A stretch of 64,000 nucleotides of DNA from an uncultured Gammaproteobacteria bacterium (GTDB taxonomy: Bacteria > Patescibacteriota > Microgenomatia > CAYSOG01): contig CAYSOG010000006.1 in NCBI GenBank assembly GCA_964432675.1, positions 1,824 through 65,823 on the forward strand. Direction: 5' to 3'. Every line of letters begins with the position of its first letter. Within the stretch, counting starts at the first letter, position 1. Below are positions 50,973 through 60,244 of this stretch, in pieces. Under the pieces are notes generated by a model. That model did no database searches and was not told the DNA's origin. It was given only the letters and a program-made list of their open reading frames with translations. The position numbers and the translations under genes were made by a program.

Positions 50973-53828
50973 CTACTTAGCGGAAGGCTGTACCGCTTTT
51001 TGGTACACTTCCCGCAACAGGCCAATCTTCTTTACTTTGTGGCCGCTTTTAAGGCCCTCTTGGTTAACAAATCCCCAATACGTCTTCCCCCTTTCAGGCG
51101 TTGCCACTTCCGAAGCGGTGGCATCGAATTCGAAAAGCATGCCGTATGAAATTTCATCAATCGGCACAACCTTGTCGCCTTCGAACTGGTACTGCCCCGC
51201 TCCCGGCCAATGTTCGGCGTGGAACTGCGCAAGCCATGCGTCGTATTCGGCCTGCTTTTCCGCTTCCTCTTGGGCCAAGAGCTCAGCAAATTCGCGATCG
51301 AACTGCTCCTGTTTCCGTTGCAACAGCGCTTGCTCCAACCGAACCTGTTCGGCTTCGGCAGCAGCTTGCCGCCTTCGCGATAGCTCTTGCGCTTCAGCCT
51401 GCATCCGAGCCAGTTGAGCTTCTCGCTGCGCTTGCAGCGCCACTTCGCGGTTTGCTTCATAGGTTGGCCGGTTAGTGTCGATGAACTCGCTGGCAGCCGA
51501 AAGTCGCATCTCAGCGTCGGCCGGCCACTGCTCATCGAGCACCTTCAGTCGAAGGGCTTCAAGATCTTGGTAAAACGTGTAAGCCCTTTGGTCATCTTCA
51601 GCAAGTCCCCACATCGCCAAATCATTGCGAATTAACCACAGCACACCAGTAATACTATCAATCAAAGCCAGCTGGCTTCGCTGCGCTTCGGTTTGGTAAC
51701 GCCAGCGTTCCGATTCCGGAACTTCATCGCGCGTACACAAAACTTCCTCATATGCCACTTCTTGGCCAAGCACTGTAGTCGTGCGAGATTTGGTCCATTC
51801 TACCCGCATAAAACCGGGGGGTTTTGGATTGCCCTCGCGAACACTGACCATATGCGGGGCAACTTCAAGCAGCCACTCGACCTCGACTTTTTGGCAGCCA
51901 CGGGCAAAATTGCGTTTGCCTTTTGGCGTTGTGACACCTTGAATACCAGCACAGACAATAATCTGCGGTGGCGTATGAAACAACACGCTATCACGCGAAA
52001 TATACAACGCGGTGTCTTCCTCACGCGACAATGACCAAATGCTACGCGGCTTGGCGCCGGCCCAGGTGTAGCTGAACCTGCCATTTGAAACGGCCAAGTT
52101 CTGCATTAAACCAGCTGCCACTGCCTTGCCGATCACCGCAACTTGGCTCTTTTCGGTGTCAGTTAGTTCCCAACGGTCGACTGCCTTTTGGTAGCCTACC
52201 GATGTGACCTCGATCCCCATCAGCATAATAATATCCATAAGTTGCCGACGGATTTTGAGGATTTCATCAAGGCTTCGATGGTTCAAAAAGTGGTCACGTG
52301 CCCAATCATGGTCATAACCCGCGTCTGCGTATTCGTTCATGACGTTTAATACGGTTAGGAAATCGCTGTCATGAACAGACAAGCGTTGCCGCCACATGTC
52401 TGCATCAGCTTCATGGTCACGCGGCCTGGTAAAAAGCCGGTTGACCGAAAGGCTTGCGGCAATGGTGCAGATTTCTGCAATACAGCCATGCTTTTCGGCT
52501 TCCAAGATCATACGGCCGATGGTTGGTTCAACTGGTAGTTTTGCCAATTGCTGGCCGACATCGGTCAACGTATTATCAGCGTCAACCGCCCCAAGTGCCC
52601 GAAGTGTTTCAAGTGCGTTATGGAGCGCTTGCTTTGGCGGCGAGTCGATGAACTCGAACTCCTCGACATCAGTAATGCCAAGGCTCAGCATCTTCAACAC
52701 CACACTCGACAGTTCGCTGCGCACAATCTCGGGTACGGTAAACTCATCTGCATGGTCATACTCGGCCTCTGTAATAAGCCGGTAACAGTTGCCTTCATCG
52801 GTCCGCCCTGCCCGGCCGGCACGTTGGCCCATACCAGACTTCGAATGCAATATGGTCTGCAAGCTGCTAATGCCGCTGTGCGGATCAAACTGCATTTGGC
52901 GGATAAGGCATGAGTCGACCACATCAACCGCAGTTTGCGGTGTGATAGATGTTTCAAGCACGTTGGTGCCGATAATCACCCGACGGCGGTTTGAAGGAAT
53001 AAAGACGCGCTGCTGTTCGTCCGGGCTCATGTCGCCATGAACTGGAATAAGCTCGGCGTCGATATTAAGCCGTTCGAGAAATTCAATTGTCTTATTAATC
53101 CAGGCAAGGCCCGGCATAAAGACCATGATATCCCGTTTGGCTCTTTGGCTGGCAATAATTTGACTTACTTTGTATGCCGCCAGTGCTTCAACCGGAACCG
53201 GTTTGTCCGGATCGATTAGCCCCAGGAACTGGTCTCGAGCCTTATGATGTTCGCCCGGCTGAAGGTAATGGACCGTGACGGGAAACTGTTTCCCAACAAC
53301 CTGGATGATTGGCGCATTGTCGAAAAACGCCGAGAACTTTTCGGCATTAATGGTGGCCGACATGATAATAAGTTTCAAGTCAGGCCGCAACCGTAATGCT
53401 CGCTTCGCCAGGCCAATGGCAAAATCAGTATCGACGTTGCGTTCGTGCGCTTCGTCGAACCCGATAATGCCGTATTGATAGAACCCTTGGTCATGAATGG
53501 CTTCCTGAAGCAGGATACCATCGGTCATAAACTTAATTTTCGTGCCAACGCTTGTTTCATCGTCGAAGCGAATTTGGTAGCCGACTTCGTTGCCAATCCT
53601 ACTACCTAGCTGCCTGGCGACAAATTGGGCAACGGTAATTGCCGCAATGCGCCTGGGCTGGGTGATGCCAATCCTGCCAGTTTGAAGCATGTCTGCGTTG
53701 TACAGGAATTGTGGAACCTGGGTTGTCTTACCGCTGCCAGTTTCGGCAACCAAGATGGTTACCTGGTTCTGCCGAATGGCCTCGACAATTTCGTCTTTGT
53801 GCTGGCCAACGGGCAATTGAAGGTTCAC
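50973..53828 (-). CDS. HrpA-like DEAH-box ATP-dependent RNA helicase with coiled-coil C-terminus
   Basis: AETGSGKTTQVPQ, TQPRRIAA, VGYQIRF, MTDGILL, DEAHER, MSAT, TNVLETSIT, QRAGRAGR, HA2 domain; GTG start with GAGGA SD (ATG 53939 is an alternative). Confidence 0.92.
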   Translation of the reverse strand: MNLQLPVGQHKDEIVEAIRQNQVTILVAETGSGKTTQVPQFLYNADMLQTGRIGITQPRRIAAITVAQFVARQLGSRIGNEVGYQIRFDDETSVGTKIKFMTDGILLQEAIHDQGFYQYGIIGFDEAHERNVDTDFAIGLAKRALRLRPDLKLIIMSATINAEKFSAFFDNAPIIQVVGKQFPVTVHYLQPGEHHKARDQFLGLIDPDKPVPVEALAAYKVSQIIASQRAKRDIMVFMPGLAWINKTIEFLERLNIDAELIPVHGDMSPDEQQRVFIPSNRRRVIIGTNVLETSITPQTAVDVVDSCLIRQMQFDPHSGISSLQTILHSKSGMGQRAGRAGRTDEGNCYRLITEAEYDHADEFTVPEIVRSELSSVVLKMLSLGITDVEEFEFIDSPPKQALHNALETLRALGAVDADNTLTDVGQQLAKLPVEPTIGRMILEAEKHGCIAEICTIAASLSVNRLFTRPRDHEADADMWRQRLSVHDSDFLTVLNVMNEYADAGYDHDWARDHFLNHRSLDEILKIRRQLMDIIMLMGIEVTSVGYQKAVDRWELTDTEKSQVAVIGKAVAAGLMQNLAVSNGRFSYTWAGAKPRSIWSLSREEDTALYISRDSVLFHTPPQIIVCAGIQGVTTPKGKRNFARGCQKVEVEWLLEVAPHMVSVREGNPKPPGFMRVEWTKSRTTTVLGQEVAYEEVLCTRDEVPESERWRYQTEAQRSQLALIDSITGVLWLIRNDLAMWGLAEDDQRAYTFYQDLEALRLKVLDEQWPADAEMRLSAASEFIDTNRPTYEANREVALQAQREAQLARMQAEAQELSRRRQAAAEAEQVRLEQALLQRKQEQFDREFAELLAQEEAEKQAEYDAWLAQFHAEHWPGAGQYQFEGDKVVPIDEISYGMLFEFDATASEVATPERGKTYWGFVNQEGLKSGHKVKKIGLLREVYQKAVQPSAK

Positions 53829-54031
53829 GTTTTCGTTCCTCACGAGCAGGGGCCCTGGCGTTGCCAGGAATTGCCCACCCTGCTCCGACCACTTTTTCAG
53901 GTCTTGTCCGAAGTCTTTCCGTAAAGGGCAACGGACCATTTGGTTGAGCAGGGCTGCTCGATTACAGAACCGATCGGGCGCTAATTTTTAATAGCCCATC
54001 AGCTTTTTTCCTTTCTTTTTATTTTCATTGC

Positions 54032-54155
54032 TTGTTAAGGTACATTTGGAAGCTAAACTTCCCTAAAACTCACTTTCGCCTTTATATAGAGCGACAATGA
54101 GCTTGAGGAAAGCCACGTCTGTGTAAACCAGACGTGGCGAAAAATGTCTATCTAC
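54032..54155 (-). repeat. Structured intergenic element, copy B
   Basis: CAGTAG(stop)..GCCACGTCTG/CAGACGTGGC, TTTCCTCAAG...GGGAAG, ..CTTCC, GTACCTTAACAA. Confidence 0.8.
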
Positions 54156-54751
54156 TGATTGATGTTAACACCCAGTTGGGCTTCTGCTGGCACGCCTTGT
54201 GCCAAGAGCGCCTGAAGGTATTCCGAACTCGGCAGTTTGTTGATATATTCGGCGAACTTAGCCGGGTACTCCCGACGCGCCCGTTCATACAGGATTTCAA
54301 TGACCCGAGAATCGACAAGCCCATTAAGGTAGTTCCGGCCTGGAGTAAATGGTGCCTGCCGATGGTTTCGCTTGACGAGCTGTCGAGCACCCTGGTCAAA
54401 GTGCTTCACAACATACGCCCGCATGATAGCAACGTATTGGCCGCCTTCCATGTTTGGCAACGGAACCAAAAGGTACCGGTCTGCAATGCGGAGTGCATGG
54501 GCATAGTCCGCATCAAGTCGCAACCTATTGATTAGCTGCTTGCGTTCAACCAACGACTCAGCGAACGGTCGCCGTAAAGCTATGACTGGACCATAGTTCA
54601 GCCGCCTGTTCAGCCACAATAGCTGCCGCCCGAACCAGCGATTTACCCATCGAAACTTCCACCGAAGGGCGAATGAGGCAATGATAAGGAAAAAGGCGAA
54701 AACCGCCATTACGGTCAACACCTGCCCAAAGACTGTTACTACTTCTTCCAT
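54152..54751 (-). CDS. Single-TM hypothetical protein
   Basis: 199 aa, N-terminal TM, GGGGAG SD. Confidence 0.7.
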   Translation of the reverse strand: MEEVVTVFGQVLTVMAVFAFFLIIASFALRWKFRWVNRWFGRQLLWLNRRLNYGPVIALRRPFAESLVERKQLINRLRLDADYAHALRIADRYLLVPLPNMEGGQYVAIMRAYVVKHFDQGARQLVKRNHRQAPFTPGRNYLNGLVDSRVIEILYERARREYPAKFAEYINKLPSSEYLQALLAQGVPAEAQLGVNINQ

Positions 54752-54781
54752 CTGCTCTCCCCTTTCTCTTGCTTGGTAAGG

Positions 54782-55561
54782 TTACGCCGGCACCGGGTCT
54801 GCGAGCCGAACAAGGCGAAAATTAAACCCTTTGCCGTAGGGCGTCGCATGCAAAACTATTCGGGAACGAGCTGGTATGGAACTATGCGGGTCGATCGACA
54901 CCCAAAATGCGGCGGTAAACAATCTAGAATGTTCCTTGAAATAGAGTAGTCGATTATGAATGTAAGACGCTACCTCCGGATCACCTTCGATATTATCTCT
55001 CTCAATAACAACAAAGGCTTGGCCGTTACCACCTGGATAGTAGTAATAGTTATTATCAACAGAAACTGTCACTTCACGAACGCACTTGCGTTCGATCAAT
55101 TCCACCGCCCGACCGTGCCCGATGGACATATATTGCAGTTCACCGTGTAGCATTACCGGTTCTATAAAGTCTTCAGGGCACCTGCCCTCACTAACGCGCA
55201 TAATGCATCCACTTTCCACAATGAAGTCGCAGTATTGCGCGATATAGGAAATCGGGAGATGGTCGTTTGCTATTTGGCATGTTAGGCCCATTTTCCTTGC
55301 TCGAACCTCACCTACTAATTCCATGCAGCCTGAATTTTCAGAGAGGACGACAAAGAGCTCATCGTCATAAAGCTCATGGGATATGTACTGAAGCTGCTCT
55401 CCGGATAAATCACCAGCTCCGAGAAATTCACCCTTCTCATTGAACCATCGTCCCCGCGAAATCCAGGGGTCAGAGCGTTCAACTTGTCCGCCTCGTAAGC
55501 CGAACAAGCCTGCTGCTCCTATATTCAGACCGCTATACATACCTTTGACAAGACGGGACAT
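54782..55561 (-). CDS. Hypothetical protein
   Basis: Start MSRLVKG with GAGGAGG SD; FGLRGGQ..WFNEKGEFLGAGDLS..ELFVVLSE; upstream ORF extension overlaps element C. Confidence 0.75.
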   Translation of the reverse strand: MSRLVKGMYSGLNIGAAGLFGLRGGQVERSDPWISRGRWFNEKGEFLGAGDLSGEQLQYISHELYDDELFVVLSENSGCMELVGEVRARKMGLTCQIANDHLPISYIAQYCDFIVESGCIMRVSEGRCPEDFIEPVMLHGELQYMSIGHGRAVELIERKCVREVTVSVDNNYYYYPGGNGQAFVVIERDNIEGDPEVASYIHNRLLYFKEHSRLFTAAFWVSIDPHSSIPARSRIVLHATPYGKGFNFRLVRLADPVPA

Positions 55562-55602
55562 GATCTGCCTCCTCTTTTCGCTTTGCTGCTTTCCATCAAT
55601 TT

Positions 55603-55762
55603 TGTAGATTTTTAATGTACCATTTGGACACGCTTCGTGCCCAAACTGAAGGCTATTCCCTTCCGCAAACGTTTTTATACGCTTAAGGCATAAAAATGCT
55701 TGAGGAAAGGCCCCGTCCATCAGCCAGTTGGTGAATGAACGGGGATGAAAATTACTCTACAG
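55603..55762 (-). repeat. Structured intergenic element, copy C
   Basis: CTGTAG(stop)..CCCCGTTCA/TGGACGGGG, TTTCCTCAAG...GCGGAAG, ..CCTTC, GTACATTAAAAATCTACA. Confidence 0.8.
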
Positions 55763-55942
55763 AAGATTAAGAAGATCAAAGAGCCCAAGGGAGTTCCAAT
55801 ACTTTAATTTCCTATCCCAGTAGGCAGCCACGGCTAAGTGGAAATGTCTATCGTGCTCCAGCTGTTCACGCCGCGCTTCCAATGCTTCCAATAAGCGCTC
55901 AGCACTCCAGAATAAATAGATGAACTTCCAAAGCTGCTTCAT
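55757..55942 (-). CDS. Small hypothetical protein
   Basis: 61 aa, ATGA-coupled to the upstream ORF. Confidence 0.6.
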   Translation of the reverse strand: MKQLWKFIYLFWSAERLLEALEARREQLEHDRHFHLAVAAYWDRKLKYWNSLGLFDLLNLL

Positions 55943-56274
55943 CGAATATCGCCGCTTGGCGCAAGTGAGTTGATGTAGGTTGCAATCGTAAGGAGCGCAG
56001 TATTAATGGGTACGGAATGGTTGCTTCTTACTATGCATGCTTCGGACAACGTGTTCAATATTGTTTTTTGTTGAACAGCATTCAATTTGGTATCGAGATT
56101 ATTGCAAAGCCCAAGGAGATTTGACGTAATTAAACTTCCAAGGTCTTCTAATGTTCCAAGTTGTGCAACCGCTCTAATATTCGGGAACAACTCCCCAGCC
56201 CTGGAAATTATATTCCCTAATTCTTGAGCAAATTCTCGAACCGTCATAGGTTCATTAGCGAGTTTCTGGACCAT
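55939..56274 (-). CDS. Hypothetical protein
   Basis: 111 aa, AAGGAGG SD. Confidence 0.7.
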   Translation of the reverse strand: MVQKLANEPMTVREFAQELGNIISRAGELFPNIRAVAQLGTLEDLGSLITSNLLGLCNNLDTKLNAVQQKTILNTLSEACIVRSNHSVPINTALLTIATYINSLAPSGDIR

Positions 56275-56305
56275 TTTTCCTCCTTTTTGTTCCGCTTCGT
56301 TTTTC

Positions 56306-56424
56306 TGTAGGTATTTGAATGTGCAATTTGAAGCATACCGCTTCCTGAAACCCTCTAGGCTGCTGGCCTAAAAAGTTTGAGGAATGGGCGGGACGGCTTT
56401 TTAAGCCGTCCCGCAAATTTACAG
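56306..56424 (-). repeat. Structured intergenic element, copy D
   Basis: CTGTAA(stop)..GCGGGACGGC/GCCGTCCCGC, TTCCTCAAAC...TTTCAGGAAG, ..GCTTC, GCACATTCAAATACCTACAG. Confidence 0.8.
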
Positions 56425-56670
56425 GTTAGATAATACTTGTTGCGCCCTTACGTCGGGGCAGCATGTTAAAAGGTACAGCACATATTTCTGGCCTCTGTGC
56501 CATGTACGCTTACTTTTTGGCCAAAGGCCTTGTTCGCGAGCTTTGTCGTAGTACGCAGCCACTACTTCGACCATGGCGATGATCTGCTCCCTCTTTTCAG
56601 GATGGAGCAAGATCCAGCTTTTGACGAAGTCAACGACATCGTTCAATGTTTTAACTTGCGGTTGTTCCAT
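56419..56670 (-). CDS. Hypothetical protein
   Basis: 83 aa, AAGGA SD. Confidence 0.6.
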   Translation of the reverse strand: MEQPQVKTLNDVVDFVKSWILLHPEKREQIIAMVEVVAAYYDKAREQGLWPKSKRTWHRGQKYVLYLLTCCPDVRAQQVLSNL

Positions 56671-56687
56671 TGGCTTATTTCCTTGGC

Positions 56688-57155
56688 TTAGGATGAAAAG
56701 TCCTCTGGTTCTGAAATCCGCAGGCTATACAACGGCCGGGGATTGCCATCGCTCAGCTTAAAACGGCGAAAGAGCGTGTAAAGTGCCGGCAAATCGTAAT
56801 CGCCTTGCTGGTAGCGCGCATAGCGCGTTGCAATTGTATTACCGTCTGCCTTAACAACCGTCACCACGAGGGCATCGGTGAACCGGTCGACATGGATACG
56901 ATACTCACCACCTAGACGTTCTTCGCCCGGTAGGTTATCATTGACAATAATCGATAAGAGCCCCTCGCAGTCGACATAACGCAAGGTTTTTGCGTCGAAG
57001 ACTTCGCAACGACTGCCGAGATAAACCCCGTATCGCCGTTCTTCTTCCTTAATAACCTCGTAGGCCGTGTCAAATATAAGTTTGCCAAACAAGATTTCGG
57101 CAAACTTGCCTTTGGCCACCATCTGTTCAGTTTCGAGTGCTACCGGTGTTACCAC
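56688..57155 (-). CDS. Hypothetical protein
   Basis: 155 aa, GGAGGT SD with GTG start. Confidence 0.7.
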   Translation of the reverse strand: MVTPVALETEQMVAKGKFAEILFGKLIFDTAYEVIKEEERRYGVYLGSRCEVFDAKTLRYVDCEGLLSIIVNDNLPGEERLGGEYRIHVDRFTDALVVTVVKADGNTIATRYARYQQGDYDLPALYTLFRRFKLSDGNPRPLYSLRISEPEDFSS

Positions 57156-57158
57156 CTT

Positions 57159-57512
57159 TTACCTCCGTGATGCATGGTTGTTTAAGCGAGACAATATTGG
57201 TGCAATCCACCATGGCAACGGTTCATGTTGCAACCTGTCAACCCAGCTGGCAATCGCCCAAAGGGTTGCGATCACAATGACAAACATGCTGACTGCAACT
57301 GCAAGGTTTGTTCCCGCCGGACCCGGCGTTATAGATGTTAGGCGCCAGTGCAAAAGGTGCGTTACACCTTCATATGCCACTATAATGCCAATATTGATAC
57401 AACCTGCTAATAGTATGACAAGCTGGAACCTCTTGAACCCAAAGACTAGCCGGATAATTATCATACAAAAGATGACGCTGATCGTTATGATTACACCCAA
57501 AAGATACTGCAT
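57159..57512 (-). CDS. Three-TM membrane protein
   Basis: GGAGG SD, three hydrophobic segments. Confidence 0.7.
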   Translation of the reverse strand: MQYLLGVIITISVIFCMIIIRLVFGFKRFQLVILLAGCINIGIIVAYEGVTHLLHWRLTSITPGPAGTNLAVAVSMFVIVIATLWAIASWVDRLQHEPLPWWIAPILSRLNNHASRR

Positions 57513-57541
57513 GACTGCCTCCGTTTGCGCTTCCTGAGCTT

Positions 57542-57710
57542 TTAACCTGTAATGGTAAGGTGCGATATGATGAAGTCAAAATGGAAAACGATTGCTCGTT
57601 CACTTTCATTTTAACTTCTTCCTGCAATTCTCAAATTTATTTTTGGGAATTATAGGAATGAGGCAGCGCCGAAACGGCGCTGCCCAAATGTACTCAAAAG
57701 AAAAGGTTAA
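57542..57710 (-). repeat. Structured intergenic element, copy E
   Basis: TTAACCT..GGCAGCGCCG/CGGCGCTGCC, TTCCTATAATT...AATTGCAGGAAG, GAAGTTAAAATG/CATTTTGACTTC, GCACCTTACCATTACAGGTTAA. Confidence 0.8.
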
Positions 57711-58039
57711 GCAACAGCAGCTTGGATTATACCAATCCGCTGCCGGTGCGCCTCGATCCAAACCTTGCCAATCGCTTCAGCCAAGTCTATGACCGGACTG
57801 TAGTCAACATGCTGCTGCATGCGGCAATCGGTCAAGATTGCCGCTATGGTGTTGACAACGATATCTCCCGAGTAATCCTGGAGCGTGCCGTTGACCAACG
57901 CTTTCTGGTAGACTGCAAGGTTCTTGGCCGCCGAACTGATCCGGTTGGCCAATTTAACTTGACCAACTTGAGCCAATTCCTCCGCCCGGTTGAAAAGCCA
58001 GGCAAGGCCATTTTCGACAATCGCTTCTTCTACCTTCAC
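57707..58039 (-). CDS. Hypothetical protein
   Basis: 110 aa, GAGGAG SD with GTG start. Confidence 0.65.
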   Translation of the reverse strand: MKVEEAIVENGLAWLFNRAEELAQVGQVKLANRISSAAKNLAVYQKALVNGTLQDYSGDIVVNTIAAILTDCRMQQHVDYSPVIDLAEAIGKVWIEAHRQRIGIIQAAVA

Positions 58040-58054
58040 ACTACTTCTCCTCTT

Positions 58055-58270
58055 CTAGATAAACTCGAGGTAGTACCGTGTTTTTTGGTCGCGGCGCTGC
58101 CGTTCTTCTTGGCATTCGCTGCAGTCATCCTGATGGACTGGCATGGCGTCGAGCTTACCACTCGCTGCTCGAGCTTTGCAGCGAGCCTCAAGTTTGCTGC
58201 CAGCCGTTGCCACCCAAACGTGACCATTTAAGCAAGCCACATTGTAGTGGACTTCGGTATTAGTGAGCAT
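58055..58270 (-). CDS. Small Cys/His zinc-binding protein
   Basis: Start MLTNTE with AGGAG SD; CLNGH...CSEC. Confidence 0.6.
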   Translation of the reverse strand: MLTNTEVHYNVACLNGHVWVATAGSKLEARCKARAASGKLDAMPVHQDDCSECQEERQRRDQKTRYYLEFI

Positions 58271-58271
58271 C

Positions 58272-58646
58272 TTACCTACTCCTTGTAACTTGTGCATCTT
58301 GCATTGCTTCTCGGGCCAGCTGGTCGAGTTGTCGATACCACCCCGATGGACGTTCAGTTGCCCAGTTAATTGGATTAACGCCATCGTGCAAACGAATGTC
58401 TGCTGTCAGCACTTTGCGCTTTTGGCTTTCATATTCTTCGTAATCCAGCCCACGCAAGCTAATCGTGCTATACAGCGCTTCGCCGTATTCGAGCATGGTA
58501 ATGCCACCAGCTTCATCGTAAAAAACCTCGGAACTGGTATTATCGAGATAATACCAAGCATCCAAGAGTCTCGTATCGTCCATTGCCTGAAGACGAATTT
58601 CAAGCCGTTGGAATGCCAATCGACGATTTTCTGCAGTTATAGTCAC
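58272..58646 (-). CDS. Hypothetical protein
   Basis: 124 aa, AAGGAG SD with GTG start. Confidence 0.65.
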   Translation of the reverse strand: MTITAENRRLAFQRLEIRLQAMDDTRLLDAWYYLDNTSSEVFYDEAGGITMLEYGEALYSTISLRGLDYEEYESQKRKVLTADIRLHDGVNPINWATERPSGWYRQLDQLAREAMQDAQVTRSR

Positions 58647-58665
58647 TTGCTACTCCTTCTTAGCA

Positions 58666-59061
58666 CTACCAGTCTTTAAAGGCAGCGGGAACTTCCGGCC
58701 CCCGGGGCTTGCTCGGGTCGAAGAAAACGACTCGCGTTGGCAGGTAGCGAACAACCTCAGCGTTTGGTAAGTCTTTTACCTGCGCGTACGCTTCGATCCA
58801 CCATCCAGCCTCTGTCTGCTCGCGATAAACGAATTCAACTTTTTGCACCCATTCATGAGCCTCTTGTGGACCCATACTCCGCAAACCTCGAACAACCATC
58901 ATGCGGATTTCAGACCGGCACCACCTGCCATTCGTCAGGGCATAGTTCGCCTCGACAGTTAACTTCGGCAAGTCCCGGTCGTTATAAGCAGCAAACCCAA
59001 AGCCATCAGTTTTCCAGTCATCCGCTTCTTTCTTCCCAAGCCACCTGAGGAAACCAAACAT
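58666..59061 (-). CDS. Hypothetical protein, first gene of the leftward accessory operon
   Basis: 131 aa, AAGGAG SD. Confidence 0.7.
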   Translation of the reverse strand: MFGFLRWLGKKEADDWKTDGFGFAAYNDRDLPKLTVEANYALTNGRWCRSEIRMMVVRGLRSMGPQEAHEWVQKVEFVYREQTEAGWWIEAYAQVKDLPNAEVVRYLPTRVVFFDPSKPRGPEVPAAFKDW

Positions 59062-59084
59062 GGCATGTGTCTCCTTTTCTTTTT

Positions 59085-59168
59085 CGTTAATGTGCGATCC
59101 TTCATTGCCTATTTTCTCAAAGGCAATTATGAGAAGGAAAATTAGCAGACAATGGCTTATCTGCTTAC
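59085..59168 (-). repeat. Structured intergenic element, copy F (partial)
   Basis: AGCAGA/TCTGCT hairpin, TTTCCTTC...GAAGGA, GCACATTAAC. Confidence 0.55.
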
Positions 59169-59381
59169 TTTCTCTCTCAATAGCCGACTTCTATAACTTG
59201 CCGTCGGATATGCTAAGCCAAAGAAAAACCAGCTCTTTTTGCGGCTGTCCAAATACAAAATTAGCTAATTTGGGCAGGTGCATTTGAAACATGAGCATAT
59301 AAGCTGGCTGTTTCTTCAGTCGATAAAAATGAAGTGCTATATACCTAAGTATATGTTACAAACGTTTTCCGTTTTCGTGGA

Positions 59382-59410
59382 AGTATAACATACTATAAGC
59401 TTAAAGTCAA
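59382..59410 (-). promoter_or_regulatory. Leftward sigma70-type promoter of the accessory region
   Basis: TTGACT-N17-TATACT, spacer contains CTTATAGT. Confidence 0.8.
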
Positions 59411-59606
59411 ATCTGGGAGGCGCACTACATATTTACTAAACCTGGGTGTTACCACGCGATGTCTATGCAGTAGGTAGACATGATAAGGCAAAATGAGCCA
59501 CAGGGTCTGCTTTCTTATACTTAAACTCATAGTTTAAAGTTGCTATATATAATAGTGTAGCTATTGCAGCTAATTGCCTGTATATCCTTTGCTAGAATTG
59601 TTCATC

Positions 59607-59635
59607 TTGACAGACTTATAGTTATATGATACACT
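59607..59635 (+). promoter_or_regulatory. Rightward sigma70-type promoter of the accessory region
   Basis: TTGACA-N17-TACACT, spacer contains CTTATAGT. Confidence 0.8.
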
Positions 59636-59811
59636 GCGCCCTACATCGTTTGGCGAAGCAATCACCAGACGATAAGCAATCGCACATTTTAAGAAACCAG
59701 AAAAGCTTAACATACCAGCTTTCAAGTCAAAACCTTTATTTCCTGCCATAGGGGTTCGTAGTACTTCCAACGTACTCCCCTTTTGACAGACAGCTGGTTT
59801 TTTGTTTTTCT

Positions 59812-59892
59812 TTGTCATTCTGGCAGACGAAGTCGAGACCAGGACCTTTTTGAAACCAAAGGAAACGTTTAGGTCTATGGTCGGAATGACAA
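59812..59892. repeat. REP-like palindromic element
   Basis: TTGTCATTCTG...GGAATGACAA with internal GACC/GGTC stems. Confidence 0.6.
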
Positions 59893-60146
59893 TATATTGT
59901 GGTGGTAAGCGAGCGCACAATCTGCTCTGTATCGTATCCGATACACCAAAAGGTTTTAAACCTTGTACTGGATACACCAATACGACATGTATTGTGGGCT
60001 CACTTTCCATCCCAAACTTTCTTAGCGGCGCTAAGTGCCGCAACAAAGTTACAAGATGGATCAAAAACCTTACAACGAACTTTCACAATCTACAGTTGAA
60101 AACCTTTAAAGATGCTTTTATTGGCGTCGAAAAGCGGCTTAAAACA

Positions 60147-60244
60147 TTGTCATTCTGAACGGATACGAAGTGTAGTGAAGAATCTACCACGGTCGGATTA
60201 GCAAGCCAGGTAGAAGATCCCTCTCTAATCACTCGGGATGACAA
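60147..60244. repeat. REP-like palindromic element
   Basis: TTGTCATTCTGAAC..GTGAAGAATCT...AGATCC..TCACTCGGGATGACAA. Confidence 0.65.

Noticed and set aside
58271-58384. Apparent 113-nt same-strand gene overlap
   Set aside because: It disappears if the downstream gene starts at ATG 58270, which has an AGGAG SD.
59570-60158. ORFs 59570-60064 (-) and 59802-60158 (+)
   Set aside because: No SD; they overlap a promoter and palindromic elements, and the translations look non-protein-like.
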